This document shows positions 24,061-37,680 of a DNA stretch of 64,000 nt, piece by piece. A program made the position numbers and the translations under genes. This DNA comes from Anthoceros angustus (Eukaryota > Plantae > Anthocerotophyta), in assembly GCA_010909165.1 (NCBI GenBank), contig VJWM01000259.1:62001-126000 (forward strand), given 5' to 3'. Under the pieces are notes generated by a model. The model saw nothing but the letters and a program-made list of their open reading frames with translations, was not told where the DNA came from and did not search any database. Position 1 is the first letter of the stretch; each line of letters starts with the position of its first letter.

Positions 24061-24279
24061 TTGATCTTTGGGACGACTAGAGGAGGAGGAGGAAGAGGCG
24101 AAGTCATAAGAAGAGGCGAGATCACCGGCGAGAGGAAGGAGGAGGAGGAGGAGGAGGAAGAGGCGAGATCACCGGCGAGAGGAAGGAGGTCGAGAAGAAG
24201 GGAGAAGGAGAGGAGGAGGAGGAGGAGGAGGAGGAGGAGGAAGAGGCGAGATCACCGGCCGAGAGGAAGGAGGTCGAGA

Positions 24280-24620
24280 AGTGTGTCAGCAGTAGCGACG
24301 GCATCACAAGGCCTCGAACTTTCACACAAGTCTCATGGGACGAAACCCAACGACGGCGACAGTGATAAGTGTGGCCGCTATAGTGGGAGGACCGGGAGTG
24401 CCCCTGATTCTCCCTACCACATTTTTGGCGCTGTCGGGATTTGTTGTTGAAAGGTTGAAGTTTTGTGGTTTCCATCGCTAGGTTGTAGCATGCTTGAGAA
24501 GGGACCGAGGGTCATAGGTGAGAAGAAGAAGGCCACGACCTTTAGTCATAGGGTGAATGGTTGAGACACTAGAGGGGTGTGATTTGCTTCCTTCTTAACA
24601 CCGTGGGTTGGAGGACATGA
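24280..24620 (+). mobile_element. Extra copy of the family-A LTR 3' end, PBS (24426-24440) and 5' leader, embedded after gag
   Basis: GGCATCACAAGGCCTCGAACTTTCACAC...CTCCCTACCACA-TTTT-TGGCGCTGTCGGGAT, matching 10455-10760. Confidence 0.8.
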
Positions 24621-27600
24621 GGATGGTTGCGTATGTCGTAGGGGTCGATCTCGGGAGATACACGGAAGGTCACCACCACCGCAAGAGATTTACGAGCCTT
24701 ATGGAAATCGCCAGGAAGAGACCGCCGCCGAGGAGGAGGAGGAGGAGGAGGAAGAGGAGAAGCTCCACATCGGATCGTGGAAGAGGGGTATGAAGGAGAG
24801 ATGAGCGGATGAAGGATTGATGGTGGCCAAGGTGACCACCGATCGCCGCGGAGAAGGCCGAGGAAGGGAAGACGGTGGAGGAGGAAGAGGAAGAGGAAAG
24901 GAAGCGGAGGAAGGTGAGGGACGACTCACTGGCCTCCGAGAGGCAAGGCCCAAGCGTGAGGAGGAGGAGGAGGCCCACGCCAAGAAGGAGAGATGAGTGG
25001 AGTTGGTGGAGGAGGAGGAGGAGGAGGAACGAACCACTTTCCTCCCGACATCGCCCGAGAAGTAGCGGCAATGCCGGAAGATGAGCTAAACAGCTCACCC
25101 GATGGAAGACCGAGAGCATCAAGGAGTCAAGTGGAGGCTTTGACCAAGATTGACCGAGTTAGAGGTCAAGGTGGAGGAGGAAGAGGATGAGGAATCGAAG
25201 CTTTACCAATAAGGTCGGAGTCGACCAGCTGTGGCTGCAAGCGGGAGGAAACCTTGTCGATAAAATCTCCGCCACGACGCTTACTTGACCGCGAATTTGT
25301 GGTCGGGCCTGAGATGCTTGCGTGAGTCCGAGATCCCGCAAAATTGTGAAGGAGGCGATCGGGAATCAAGTAGTAGGAGGAGAAAGCGCATGGAGGTAAA
25401 TGTGGTCGAACTCATTGATTTGGGGCACCCGAGATTGAGGTTGAAATTGCGGGTGTTTGGTGCCCGACGTGCCATTAGATTCGGATCGAGTCAACTTGAT
25501 GACGGAGGAGACGGCTCATCAACTCGGGTTCACCGAGTTTCACCCGCCCGAGTATTTTTACGGATGGCACTGCATAAGGAGAAAGCCACTGGGGGTGCAA
25601 GAATGTACCCACTAATTGGGGACTCACCTTCCATCTTACCTACATTGTGATGCGCCGGTTTCGGATCTAGGCTATAAGGTTTTGATAGGTAGGCCTTGGT
25701 TGTATGGTACGCGGTGTTTTTGATTTTGGTCGAGTGGCATCACCTTCAAGTCCTGAGACACGGACCGGGCGATTGCTTTTGTGTCATGGAGTAAGGCTCC
25801 TTATGAGGGGAGTCTGCAACCACCGACGGTACACCTGTAGCACGGGGTAAGCTCCTGCAAAGGATCGAGCATATCGGGGTCCCTCACGAGGTCAAATAAA
25901 GAGTGATTTGGTGTACTGCTACATATAGAGGAAGTCATAGAAGAGAAGATGAGGCCCATAGAGAAGGAGTAGCCTTTTGGAAGGGCAAAGCTTATGAGCG
26001 AGACTTTCCTAAGAGGGATCCGAACCAAGATAGGCAGCTAAGGAACATATGTAGATCCCGACGCGGAGGACTTAGAGTTAGAACCTAGCAAGGTAGTCAA
26101 GATTTCTAAGTATCTAGGCGGTGGAAAAGAAGAGTTTCAGAGCATGCTTAGAGTATGTCGATGTGTTTGCCTTCAAGATTACCGACATGACAGAATGGAA
26201 GAACCGGGATACATCGAATTGATTTGAAGGAGGGCAAGACACTAGGATCAAGCAATACCGGCTGAATCCCAAGTATTCCATGGTTGTTAAGGATCACCGA
26301 CCAATACTTGAGGGGAGGAGGAGGAGGAAGAGGATGAGGAAGGAGAAGCTCCTCAAGCCAAATTCGTGGATGAGGAAGGAGAAGCAAGCAGGAAAGGTTC
26401 GGTGTGTCAAGATTTCGTGAAACTTAATGAAGCAACGAAGAAGGATCATCACCCTTTACCTTTCATGGAGGATGAGGCCATGGAGTCCGATGAAAAGGCA
26501 GCCAAATTCGTGGATGAGGAAGGAGAAGCTCCTCAAGCCAAATTCGTGGATGAGGAAGGAGGATCAGATAAGACACGCTCACAACCGATTGGGGCACCCG
26601 AGATTGAGGTTGAAATTGCGGGTGTTTGGTGCCCGACGTGCCATTAGATTCGGATCGAGTCAACTTGATGACGGAGGAGAGCTCATCAACTCGGGTTCAC
26701 CGAGTTTCACCCGCCCGAGTATTTTTACGGATGGCACTGCATAAGGAGAAGATGAGGCCATGGAGTCCGATGAAAAGGCAGCCAAGCCGATTGGGGACTC
26801 ACCTTCCATCTTACCTACATTGTGATGCGCCGGTTTCGGATCTAGGCTATAAGGTTTTGATAGGTAGGCCTTGGTTGTATGGTACGCGGTGTTTTTGATT
26901 TTGGTCGAGTGGCATCACCTTCAAGTCCAAGAGACGGACCGGCGATTGCTTTTGTGTCATGGAGTAAGGCTCCTTATGAGGGGAGTCTGCAACCCCACGA
27001 CGGTACACCTGTAGCACGGGGTAAGCTCCTGCAAAGGATCGAGCATATCGGGGTCCCTCACCGAGGTCAAATAAAGAGTGATTTGGTGTATACTGCTTAC
27101 ATATAGAGGAAGTCATAGAAGAATCAAGATGAGGCCCATAGAGAAGGAGTAGCCTTTTGGAAGGGCAAAGCTTATGAGCGAGACTTTCCTAAGAGGGATC
27201 CGAACCAAGATAGGTAGGCCTTGTTGACACAATTGACCAAGAAGGTGGAGGACTTAGAGTTAGAACCTAGCAAGGTAGTCAAGATTTCTAAGTATCTAGG
27301 TGTGGAAAGGAAGAGTTTCAGAGCATGCTTAGGGAGTATGTCGATGTGTTTGCCTTCAAGATTACCGACATGACAGAATGGAAGAACCGGGATACATCGA
27401 ATTGATTTGAAGGAGGGCAAGACAAGGATCAAGCAATACTCAATCCCAAGTATTCCATGGTTGTTAAGGATCACCGACCAATACTTGAGGGAGGAGAATG
27501 TAACCTCCATGTCAAGGTGGGAGAAGCTCCTCAAGCCAAATTCGTGGATGAGGAAGGAGGAGGAAAGGAAAGGTTCGGTGTGTCAAGATTTCGTGAAACT

Positions 27601-30389
27601 TAATGAAGCAACGAAGAAGGATCATCACCCTTTACCTTTCATGGACAAGGGCTGGCCATGAAATGTATGCTGGATGGTCTTACAATCGATTGCTGAGGAA
27701 GGAGGATCAGATAAGACACGCTCACAACCGATTGGGGAACTTACGCTATTCCAAGCTCCCTTCGGGTTGTGTAACGCCCCGCCACTTTCAACGAGTGGTG
27801 AACGCGATATTCCGAGATTTCAGGAAGTTCATGGAGGTATTCCTAGATGATTTCGTGGGAGGCGGAACTGCATCTAGACCATTTGAGGCAATGTTTCAGA
27901 GATGCAGAATCGAACATGAAACTTCATCCGTGGAAGTGTTATTTTGGTATGACGAGGTATTCGCACATCGAGTTTCGTGAGCGGGATAAGGTGTAGATAA
28001 GGAGAAGGTAGCATAGTCGAGATGGACGCACCACAAACGGTGAAAGTGCTTTTGTAGGGCTGGTAGGATATTACAGAGGTTCATCAAGGATTTCGCCAAG
28101 AAGGCAGCCTTGTTGACACAATTGACCAAGAAGGATACACCTCGAATGGACAATGAGGCGAGGCTTTTCAGCTTGAAGGACAGCTGGTGAGCGCCAACTT
28201 ACAACCACCGATTGGGGAAAACCGCTTCATGTATACGGATGTGTCCGCTATGCCATTGGGGACCGTCTTAAGCCGAAGATGAGAAGAAACGGATCATCCG
28301 ATTTTCTATGCGTAGACACACACGAAAAGAACTACTCAACCACGGAGCGGAGGGTCTTGGTATCATTTACTCGTAAGAAGTTTAGACACTATCCGCTTGC
28401 TTGCAAGGTGACGCTTCATGTTGACCATTTTGCGTTGAAGTATCTTGTCAACAAGCCGATTTGTCGTGAAGGATTGCCGTGGGTACCGCTGCAAGAGTTT
28501 GACTACGACGAAAAGAACTACTCAACCACGGAAGCAACATCGAACGATTTCATTTCTCGCCGAAACCGGAGAGCGACTTGAGGCAGATGACCGATTTCGA
28601 CGAGGAGTTGGTCGCCACGACTGGTCAAGGAGAAGGACACGAGCATAATGAAGACGGCCTAAGAAGTGATCAGCAAGTCTTGTTGCTAGAAGAGAGGCCA
28701 AGTGAGCAAGAAGGGAAGGAAAAGCCGCAGCAGGACAACTGGAGATCCGAGGGGAGAGGAGGAGGAGGAGGAGGAGGAGGAGGAGGAGGAAGGAGAAGCT
28801 CCTCAAGGGTGAGCGAGTAATGCAAGTGGAGGCCACGAGTTGGCAACAGGAAGGAGATGCATCCCATGACAAGCTTGAAGAAAACTGCAGGAGAAGGAAA
28901 TGGCGGGCATGGGAAATCGCCCATGAGGCACCACAAGAAGGTGGAAGGAAGGAGAAGGTAACCACCAAGAAGGAAGAGCATTTTGCCCAATTAGAGCAAG
29001 AAGGAAGGAGAAGGAAGGAGCCGCAAACCAAGTATGTGAACCTAGGGAGAAGCAAGGAGGCGATGGATTTACGGATAGATCCACGCCACTTGGGGCTGCA
29101 AGTGGAGGAGGAGGAGGAGGAGGAGGAGGAGGAGGAGGAGGAGGAGATTGGAACGCGAGGGGCGTTCGTGTCCGAGATATTTGTTGAATGGGAGGTACGA
29201 AATTCTCGGAGCATGGAACCATGCCCGGATGGGTTGTCTGTGAGGGCGAGCTGTCTTTCTCCATAAAGCCTCGCCTACCGCTGAGGAAGGCCTCCTATAA
29301 GAGGAGGAGGAGAAGGAAGGAGATGCCTCGACGCTGAAGAAGCTTCACTGTCACGAGGCATTACATGCGTAAGAGGCGGTGGACACTATTCGCAGTGACC
29401 GTTAAGAAGATTTTGAATGGATTCGTGGGCTACGATGCAAAAGGATGTGTGGAGTTCACCGAGGTGTGATGCGTGTCGAGGGTTGGACGGCCCACGTTGT
29501 CGACACAATGGCCTCTTACCTACATCTTACCACCGCACCTTCGAGAAGTGGGGAATCGATCAGAGGACCGATCAAACCACCAACGCAATGGACTAAGAAG
29601 CAAGACATTTTGGTGGCCACGGACTATTGTACAAAGATGGTGGAAGCAAGAGGAAGGATGACGACCGCAGTGGGCCAAATTTTTATTCGAGAACATCATA
29701 ACGAGGTATGGATGTCCTTTAGAGTTGGTCACGACCGGGGACACATTTCCTCAACTCGCCGAGTCCCTAACCACCTACTTCAACATTCGCATCGAAGACG
29801 ACTTACAACCCAAAGGCAAATGGATTGACGGAGAAGACGAATGGGTTGCTCGCACAATCCTCACCAAGGTAATCACGAACACATGTATGATTGGGATGCT
29901 AAGTTGCACTCAGCATTGTGGGCCTACAGATCATGGAGAAGGTAACCACCAAGAAGACCCTTATTATCTAACATATGGCATGTCTCCGTGATGCCCGTGG
30001 AATTTGAAGTACCTACCCAGGATCATGGAGGATGAACGGATGATCAGAGGAGGAGGAGGAGGAGGAGGAGAAGCAAGGAGGAAGAGGAGCATAGGGAGGA
30101 TGCTTTAGAAGAAACGGATCATCCGATTTTGATGAGGCCATCAAAATCCGGATATGGGAGAGGAGTTGAGAAGGAAGCGAGACTATCGTGGACGGGATTT
30201 GGTTCTTCTATATGATAGTCGGTACCTAGACTTTCCAGGAAGCTCAGTTGAGATGGATGGGACCTTACGAGGTGGTCGCAGATACGAGAATGGATCTGCA
30301 ACTCGGGCGGCGAATTACCACGACAGAGTCAATGGGTGGAAGGTCAAGAAGTACCTCACCCGAGAGTACTGTGGCAGGACGCAAACAGT
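24620..30389 (+). pseudogene. pol: Family-A gag-pol mosaic: abbreviated gag, duplicated protease/RT N-terminus, RT, RNase H, integrase
   Basis: The protease block occurs twice (about 25430-25750 and 26590-26930). Also FRKFMEVFLDDF (27820-27855), HVDHFALKYLVNKP, ILVATDYCTKMVEA and RDLVLLYDSRYLDFPG. Confidence 0.85.
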
Positions 30390-30402
30390 GAGGTGGGGAG
30401 TA
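30390..30402 (+). promoter_or_regulatory. Polypurine tract of family A
   Basis: GAGGTGGGGAGTA immediately before TGTGGAACG. Confidence 0.85.
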
Positions 30403-33400
30403 TGTGGAACGTAAAAGTTTGGGCAACCAGCCCAAAAGAGCCAAGACAAACAAGTTTGATTTTTTTGGCTAGAACGATTGAAGAGGAGCATGCCAAGAAA
30501 TTTTCGAGAATCTTGAAGCTGGAGTTGTAGGATATTGTTAGGAAGATGAAGAGGATATCCCAGAAGAAGAACGGGTCAAAACGAGCGCGGTGAGGGCAAC
30601 CCAAAGGTTGGTAGGTCGGCATCATCACCGTAGGTCGCCACACCACCGTAGGTCGCCACACCACGCCGTAGGTCGAGAAGGAAGCGATCATCATGTGTCG
30701 CATCACCGTGGTAGGTCACAAGCCAAAAAGGAAATTTAGAATAGAGGGGGATATCCACTATATATGCTCACCAATAGGGAATAAATATATAGAGTAATTA
30801 GAAGCGTTAATTAGGATAAGAGGTGATAGGAAAATAGGTAGTTTAGATAGAATTAGGATTTTGGAATGATGAACCAATCTAGGGTTGTGCGCCGCCAGTG
30901 GCGTCATCCAAAGGAGGCAAAGTGCGGACCGCGCCTCCACTTCGCAAGAGCTAGAACGAGCTGGAGTTGGTGGAGGAGGAAGAGGAGGAGGAAGAGGAGC
31001 ATGCCAAGAATGGCTGGAAGACCGAGAGGAAGGAGCCGCGCCCATCGAGAAAGGAAGAAGGAAGGAGAAGGAGAGGAAGGAAGGAAGGAAGGAAGGAGAA
31101 GCTCCTCAAGGAAGGAAGAGGAGCATGCCAAGAATGGCTGGAAGAGGAAGTGTGAAGCGAGCCAAGAAGGCGGAGGAGGAGAGCTCGAATTGCTCTCCTC
31201 GAAAGGTCGAATGGAGGAAGAGGAGCATGCCAAGAGGAGGAGGAGGAGGAGGAGGAAGAGGATGAGGAAGGGAAGACGGTGGGGAGGTCGAGAAGAGAAG
31301 CTCCTCAAGGAAGGAAGGAGAAGGTTGGCAGCGGTGGAACATTCAAGCCGCTAAGTTGCTGGTTTGTTACTACAAGGAAGAGGAGCATGCCAAGAAATTT
31401 GAAGCTCTCAAATTGAGAGTAATTTCCCTTTGAGCACTTGGGAAGGAGCCACCATGCCTCGAGCTGGAAAAGGCAAGGGAAGGAGAGCTCGAATTGCTCT
31501 CCTCGAGGAGGAAAGGAAGAAGGTGGAGCTCGCCAGGAGGGGTGAGGTGATGCCCCAATTCACTTGCTTTGGGGCAGCTCAACCCCGAGATTTGGTTGAT
31601 TTTCGCAAGGGAGGAGGAGGAGAACATCCAACTAGGATGGGTGTATGGCCGCCAATGGGCCTACACCAATTTGGAATTGATTGAGGAGTGTTACATCAAC
31701 CTCCATCAATCGGAAGCGCCTGCCGCACTACCGAGAGGAATGCTAGAACGATTGAAGAGGAGAACATCCAACTAGGATGGGTGTATGGAAGACCGAGGAG
31801 GAGAGCTCGAATTGCTCTCCTCGAAAGGTCGAATGGAGGAAGAGGACAGCCTCTCCGACATCCCGCAGGAGTTCCTTGACATGATGGATGGAGGAGTGAA
31901 GGCCCACGCCAAGAATGGCTGGAAGACCGAGAGCATCAAGGAGTCAAGTGGAGGCTCTTCGCAAAGATTGTGCTGGGGTTGGTAAATTACCAACGCACTT
32001 CTTATTTCAAAGACCAACTTCCTCCAATTTTGTGGAAGATTTCCATGGGAGCCAAGCCGATTGGGGACTATCATGTATGAGGCCTACATCCACCATCGAG
32101 AAGCTCCTCAAGCCAAATTCGTGGATGAGGAAGGGCCAAGGCTCGCTACCTTAGCACCTATTTGGTGCATTTATGGGAAACCGAGGGACTTCTCACAAGC
32201 AAGGAGCTTGAAGATGCATGGCATCCCTTTGAGGTCATCCACCTCCAGAGGTTGGAAAAGGCCTTTGCCTTTGCATTGCGAAGACGGTGGGAGGTCGACT
32301 CCACAAGCATGCTAGAAGCAAGAGGAGAAGATGCGAGGCAACAAGGTTGCCGAGTGGGAATCTTTCCCCAGAGCAAGCAAGGGAGGAGGAGGAGGAAGGC
32401 CGAGGAAGGCCGAATGGTGGTCTATGAGAGAAGGAGAGGAAGGAGAAGGTGGGAGAGCGGATGGAGAGTGGGGGAGTCCCCACCATCTCCTTTGTGCCTA
32501 CGAGAGGCACCCCACGCCAAGAATGGCTGGAAGACCGAGGAAGGAGGTCGACTCCACAAGCATGCTAGAAGCAAGAGGAGGAGAACATCCAACTAGGATG
32601 GGTGTATGGCCGCCAATGGGCCTACACCAATTTGGAAGAGGAGAAGGAGAGGAAGGGAAGACGGTGGGAGGTCGACTCCACAAGCATGCTAGAAGCAAGA
32701 GGAGGAGGAGGAGGAAGGGAAGGAGAAGCTCCACATCGGATGAGGAAGGCCGAGGAAGGCCGAGGAAGGCCGAGGAATGGGAGTCCCCACCATCTCCGCT
32801 ACTGGGTGGGAGAGCGGATGGAGGAGTGAAGGCCCACGCCAAGAATGGCTGGAAGACCGAGGAAGGCCGAGGAAGGCCGAGGAAGGTGAGAGCTGGAAAT
32901 TTCCAGAAGAAGAAGAAGAGGGGTGGAATTAGGACCCCTAGGAGAATTGCTGAGCTTGTGAAGCACTCACCGTGGATTTGAAGGGGCTAGGGACCTAGCA
33001 GCCTCCTTGTGGGCATGCCAAGAGGAAGTGAAATCTCAAGACATGGCCGGAAGAAAGGCAGGACTAAATGGCAATTGGAGGCCATGGAGTCCGATGAAAA
33101 GGCAGCCAAATTGGAAAAGGTCAGGAGAAGCTCCTCAAGCCAAATTGGAAAAGGTCAGGAGAAGGAGAGGAAGTTGTCACAAGTCAAGAAAGAGCCATTC
33201 GAGCAACAACCCAAAAGGATTCTTGGAGGCAAAAGGCGGAAGAGCATTTTGCCCAATTAGAGCAAGAAAGGAAAAGCAAGGCGAGGCACTAGGAAAGGAG
33301 AAGGAGAGGAAGTGAAATCTCAAGACATGGCCGGAGAGGAGTTGAGAAGGAGAGGAAGGAGAAGCTCCTCAAGCCATCAAAATCCGGATATGGGAGAGGA

Positions 33401-36060
33401 GTTGAGAAGGACCCGAGGAGGAGGAGGAGGAGGAGAAGGAGAGGAAGGGAAGACGGTGGGAGAGCGGATGGAGCGAAAGATGCTTGGCAAGCGGAGAAGG
33501 AGAGGAAGGAGAAGCTCCTCAAGCCAAATTGGAAAAGGTCAGGAGAAGCAAGAGGAGGAGGAGGAGCGCCACAAGAAGGTGGTGCATGATCGGTAGTGAG
33601 GAAGCGATTTTGGCATTATGCCCTTCGTGCAAAATTGGCCAGCCAAAGGAAGTGAGGAGGAGAATGTAACCTCCATGTGAAGGTGGGAGAATTAACCACC
33701 TCAAGAGATGCCTACAAGGTAGGTGTGAAGATGGAGAGTGGCCCACGGAGATTGATGATCTCCAAATGCATCACAACTTGGGGCTCACCTCCACAACAGA
33801 TCTTGAAGGCCAACAACGAAGTCTTACGGTTGGCCAAGAGGAGGACATTGGGTCCTCATGATGATGACAAGGAGCGCAACAAGTGCAGCGAGGCCTCCGA
33901 TTTTGATGAGGCCATCAAATGGACTCGAGGAACTGAGGAGTCGAGGTGAAGGAGCCACCGCAAGGGAAGACGGTGGGAGAGCGGATGGAGGAAGGGAAGG
34001 AGAAGGAGAGGAGTTGAGAAGGACCCGAGGAGGAGAATGTAACCTCCATGTGAAGGTGGGAGAGACAACCCCACCGAGGTTGGAAAAGGCCGAGGAAGGG
34101 AAGACGGTGGGAGGTCGACTCCACAAGCATGCTAGAAGCAAGAGGAGGAGGAGGAGGAGGAGGAGGAGGAGGAGGAGGAGGAGGAGGAAGCCCAATCAAG
34201 ATGGAAAAGGCCGAGGAAGGGAAGACGGTGGGAGGTCGACTCCACAAGCAAGGAGCTGGGTGGTGGGAGAGACAACCCCACCGAGGAGAGGAAGGGAAGA
34301 CGGTGGGAGGTCGACTCCACAAGCAAGGAGGGGTGAGGAATCCCTTATCCCACGAGTAAGGGAGGAACCGGACCCGAGGAGGAGTCCAACGCAAAAGGGC
34401 CCGGAGATGGAGGAAGGGAAGGAGAAGGCCGAATGGTGGTCTATGAGAGAAGGAGAGGAAGGCCGAATGGTGGTCTATGAGAGAAGGAGAGGAAGGAGAA
34501 GGAGAGGAAGGGCAAGAGCAATGAAGATCGACCCAAGAAACCCTCACCGAGGAGGAGGAGGAGAAGGAGAGGAGTTGAGAAGGACCCGAGGAGGAGAATG
34601 TAACCTCCATGTGAAGGTGGGAGAGCGGATGGAGGAAGGCCGAATGGTGGTCTATGAGAGAAGGACCCGAGGAGGAGGAGGAGAAGGAGAGGAAGGCGCC
34701 TAGGTGCGCGGAGATGGAGGAAGGCCGAGGAAGGCCGAGGAAGGCCGAGGAAGGCCGAATGGTGGTCTATGAGAGAAGGAGAGGAAGGGCAAGATTGTAC
34801 TTGCCCCACACATTAGGAAGCGGAGAAAGGCCGAGGAAGGGCAAGAGCAAAAGGAGGCGAGGGAGCCAATCCACCACGGACACGCCCCCAAATAGGTGAA
34901 GACTAGATATGGTCAAGGGCCATAAATGCTAGGTAGAAGAATAGGAAGGATGTGATGTAATCGACATCCTTCGAGGATAGACTTAGGTGAAGTTGCTAGA
35001 ATAGAATTTACCAAGAAATGCATAATAGACTTAGGTGCCGACATTAAATGTCGGTAGGAAATAATAGAATATTGGAAAAGGTGACCGCAGAGGGTCACCC
35101 AAGGGAGGTTGTATGTGGAAGGCCTCCTATAAGAGGAGGAGGATTTCACAAAGTAAAGTATCATGTCTTGCGCCCACGCCATCGAGTCCTTTGCCATTAC
35201 AGAGGAATTTCGTGCGGTGAGCCAACACAACACCGTAGAGAGGAAGTCGCGTGGTCGGAGTGCTTGGTGGAGGACTTGCTCGCAAGTGCCTAAACGAGTT
35301 GCTCCCTTGTGAATGGTTGCTGTGAAATTGCTTTGCTTTGGGTGTGTGGCAAATGCCCAGAACTCTCGGCTTGAGGGTAGACTACAGGAAAGACTGAGGT
35401 TCTCGCCGTCGTGTCAAACTCATAGCAACCGCCCAAGGAAGAACTTGCTGGTGGAGGCGGACCCAGCCAGCTGTAAGGGCGATAAACCAAGAAGCCCGAA
35501 TCGAGGTTAGACTAGGAGGAAGAGGATGAGGAGATGAGAAGATGAGTAGAGGATTAGAGGTGTAGGTGTTAGTGGAAGGCCACAGGCGAGCCTAAGGGAC
35601 GAATCCCAACTGCAAGTAAACGAGCGCCCGAGTGGAGAAGAGTAGTCTTAGAAGTAGGGACGAAATCGCGGTGTGAACCAGGGGTCCCCGGCGCCCGTGG
35701 TAGGCTCCTGTCACCGAGGCGACTAATGTTGTGTCGTTGTAGGTCAAGTTTGGTCTTAGAAGTAGGGACGAAATCGCGGTGTGAACTGGGGTCCCCGGCG
35801 CCCGTGGTAGGCTCCTTCTTGAGGCGGACCCGCAATTGTTTTGTGTCGTTGTAGGTCGAGGGTTGGCGATTTTCAAGCAAGTGGTGCACTGAAGAGGGAG
35901 AGTAGAGGGCGCCTTGCTTGTTTAGAAGGCTGAGAAGTGTGTCACTGCAGGTAGCGATCGGGCATCACAAGACCTCGAACTTTCACACAAGTCTCATGGG
36001 ACGAAACCCAACGATTTAAGCGACAAAGGGATAAGTGTGGCCGCTTATAGTGGAGGACCT
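30403..36060 (+). mobile_element. Family-A 3' LTR copy 3 (about 5.7 kb, scrambled, last 25 bp or so missing)
   Basis: PPT-preceded TGTGGAACG start. It runs colinearly through the LTR ORF blocks to GGATAAGTGTGGCCGCTTATAGTGGAGGACCT, then switches into integrase sequence. Confidence 0.8.
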
Positions 36061-37526
36061 GGGGAGTTGGGCGACCTCGTTGTCGACACAATGGCCTCTT
36101 ACCTACATTGTGGGCTACGATGCAAAGGATGTGGGAGTTCACTCGGAGGTGTGATGTAATCGACATCCTTCGAGGATAGACTTAGGTGAAGTTGCTAGAA
36201 TAGAATTTACCAAGAAGGAGGAGGTTAGAACGTGAGGCGCATGCCCCGAGCATTTGTTGGACGGTGAAGCGCAAGTTCACGGAGCGGAATCATGCCGGAT
36301 GATTTGTCGAGGAGGCGTCGCTGTTTTTCTCCATAAAGCCGCACCCTATTGCCTAAGGGACGAATCCCAACTGCAAGTGGAGGCCGACGAGAAGATCGGC
36401 GGTGTCTGAGCTAAGGAGAAGGAAGAACTTGCTGGTGGAGGATGAGGAGGAGGAGGTGGACACTATTGAGTGCGAGTGGCCGTTAAGAAGATTTTGAGCA
36501 AAAGGGTTACGGTGGGCTACGATGCAAAGGATGTGGGAGTTCACTCGGAGGTGTGATGTGTCGGAGTTGGGCGACCTACGTTGTCGACACAATGGCCTCT
36601 TACCTACATCTTGCCGCTAGCACCATTCGAGAAGTGGGGAATCGATTTCGTGGGACCAATCAAACCACCAATGCAATGGACGAGGAAGCAGTATATTTTG
36701 GTAGCTACGGATTATTGTACGAAGATGGTGGAAGCTGAAGCAACAAGGAAGGACGACGCGCCTGCAATGGCCAATTTTCTATTCGAGAACATCATAACCA
36801 GGTACGGGTGTCCCTTAGAGTTGGTCAGCGACCGGGGGACACATTTCCTCAACTCGGTCGTTGAATCCCACCTACTTCAACATTCGCATCGAAGACGACT
36901 CCCTACAACCCCAAAGCGAATGGATTGACGGAGAAGACAAATGGGTTGTTATGCACAATCCTCACCAAGGTAATCGCATAGCGCGCATGATTGGGATGCC
37001 AAGTTGCACTTTCGGCATTGTCTGAGGACGCGGAGAAGATAACCACCAAGAAGACCCCTTATTATCTAACATATGGCATGTCTCCACAGCATGTGGAATT
37101 TGAAGTACCAACCTCTGAGAATCGTGGAGGATGAACGCATGACCCAGAGAGGATAGTCGAGGTCGCTAGGCTAGAATCTTTTATAGAGCAGAGGAGGCGT
37201 AGGGAAGATGCTTTAGAAGAAACGGATCATCCGATTTTCTATTCGAGAACTCGGGGAGGGGCAGGCGCATGATGGGAAGCTGAAGAAGCAAGAAACTATC
37301 GTGGACGGGGATTTGGTTCTTCTATATGATAGTCGATACCTAGACTTCCCGGGGAAGCTTAGATTGAGATGGATGGGACCTTACGAGGTAGTCACAGTAT
37401 ACGAGAATGGATCTGTGCAACTCCGGGTACTGGGCGGCGAATTATTGCCGACCAGAGTCAATGGGTGGAAGGTCAAAAAGTACCTCCAGCCCGAAGTACC
37501 TGTTGTTTGCGAGGACGCAAACAGGT
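36061..37526 (+). pseudogene. pol: Family-A integrase (DDE core and GPY/F tail), the best-preserved copy
   Basis: ORF 36581-36928: PFEKWGIDFVGPIKPP...YILVATDYCTKMVEAEA...ELVSDRGTHFLN. ORF 37301-37528: GKLRLRWMGPYEVVTVYENGSVQL...VNGWKVKKYL. No chromodomain. Confidence 0.92.
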
Positions 37527-37628
37527 GAGGTGGGGAGTATGTGGAACGTAAAAGTTTGGGCAACCAGCCCAAAGCGAAGACGAACAAGTTTGATTCTTTT
37601 TGGCTAAGAACGATTGAAGAGGAGCATG
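37527..37628 (+). mobile_element. PPT plus first 89 bp or so of a family-A 3' LTR
   Basis: GAGGTGGGGAGTA (37527-37539), then TGTGGAACGTAAAAGTTTGGGCAACC...GAGGAGCATG. Homology ends abruptly. Confidence 0.85.
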
Positions 37629-37680
37629 TGGCGCGACTTTTGGCGGCTGACGGCCAGTAGCGCCACAATCCGTGTCGTTG

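Noticed and set aside
33858-34703. Longest ORFs in the track (281 aa here; also 18690-19400, 33915-34610, 19658-20323) as real genes
   Set aside because: They are low-complexity read-throughs of purine-rich mosaic fragments and (GAG)n runs, with peptide blocks repeated out of order.
37300-37540. Chromodomain or env ORF downstream of family-A integrase
   Set aside because: The GPY/F tail is followed within a few codons by the PPT and LTR, leaving no room or motif.
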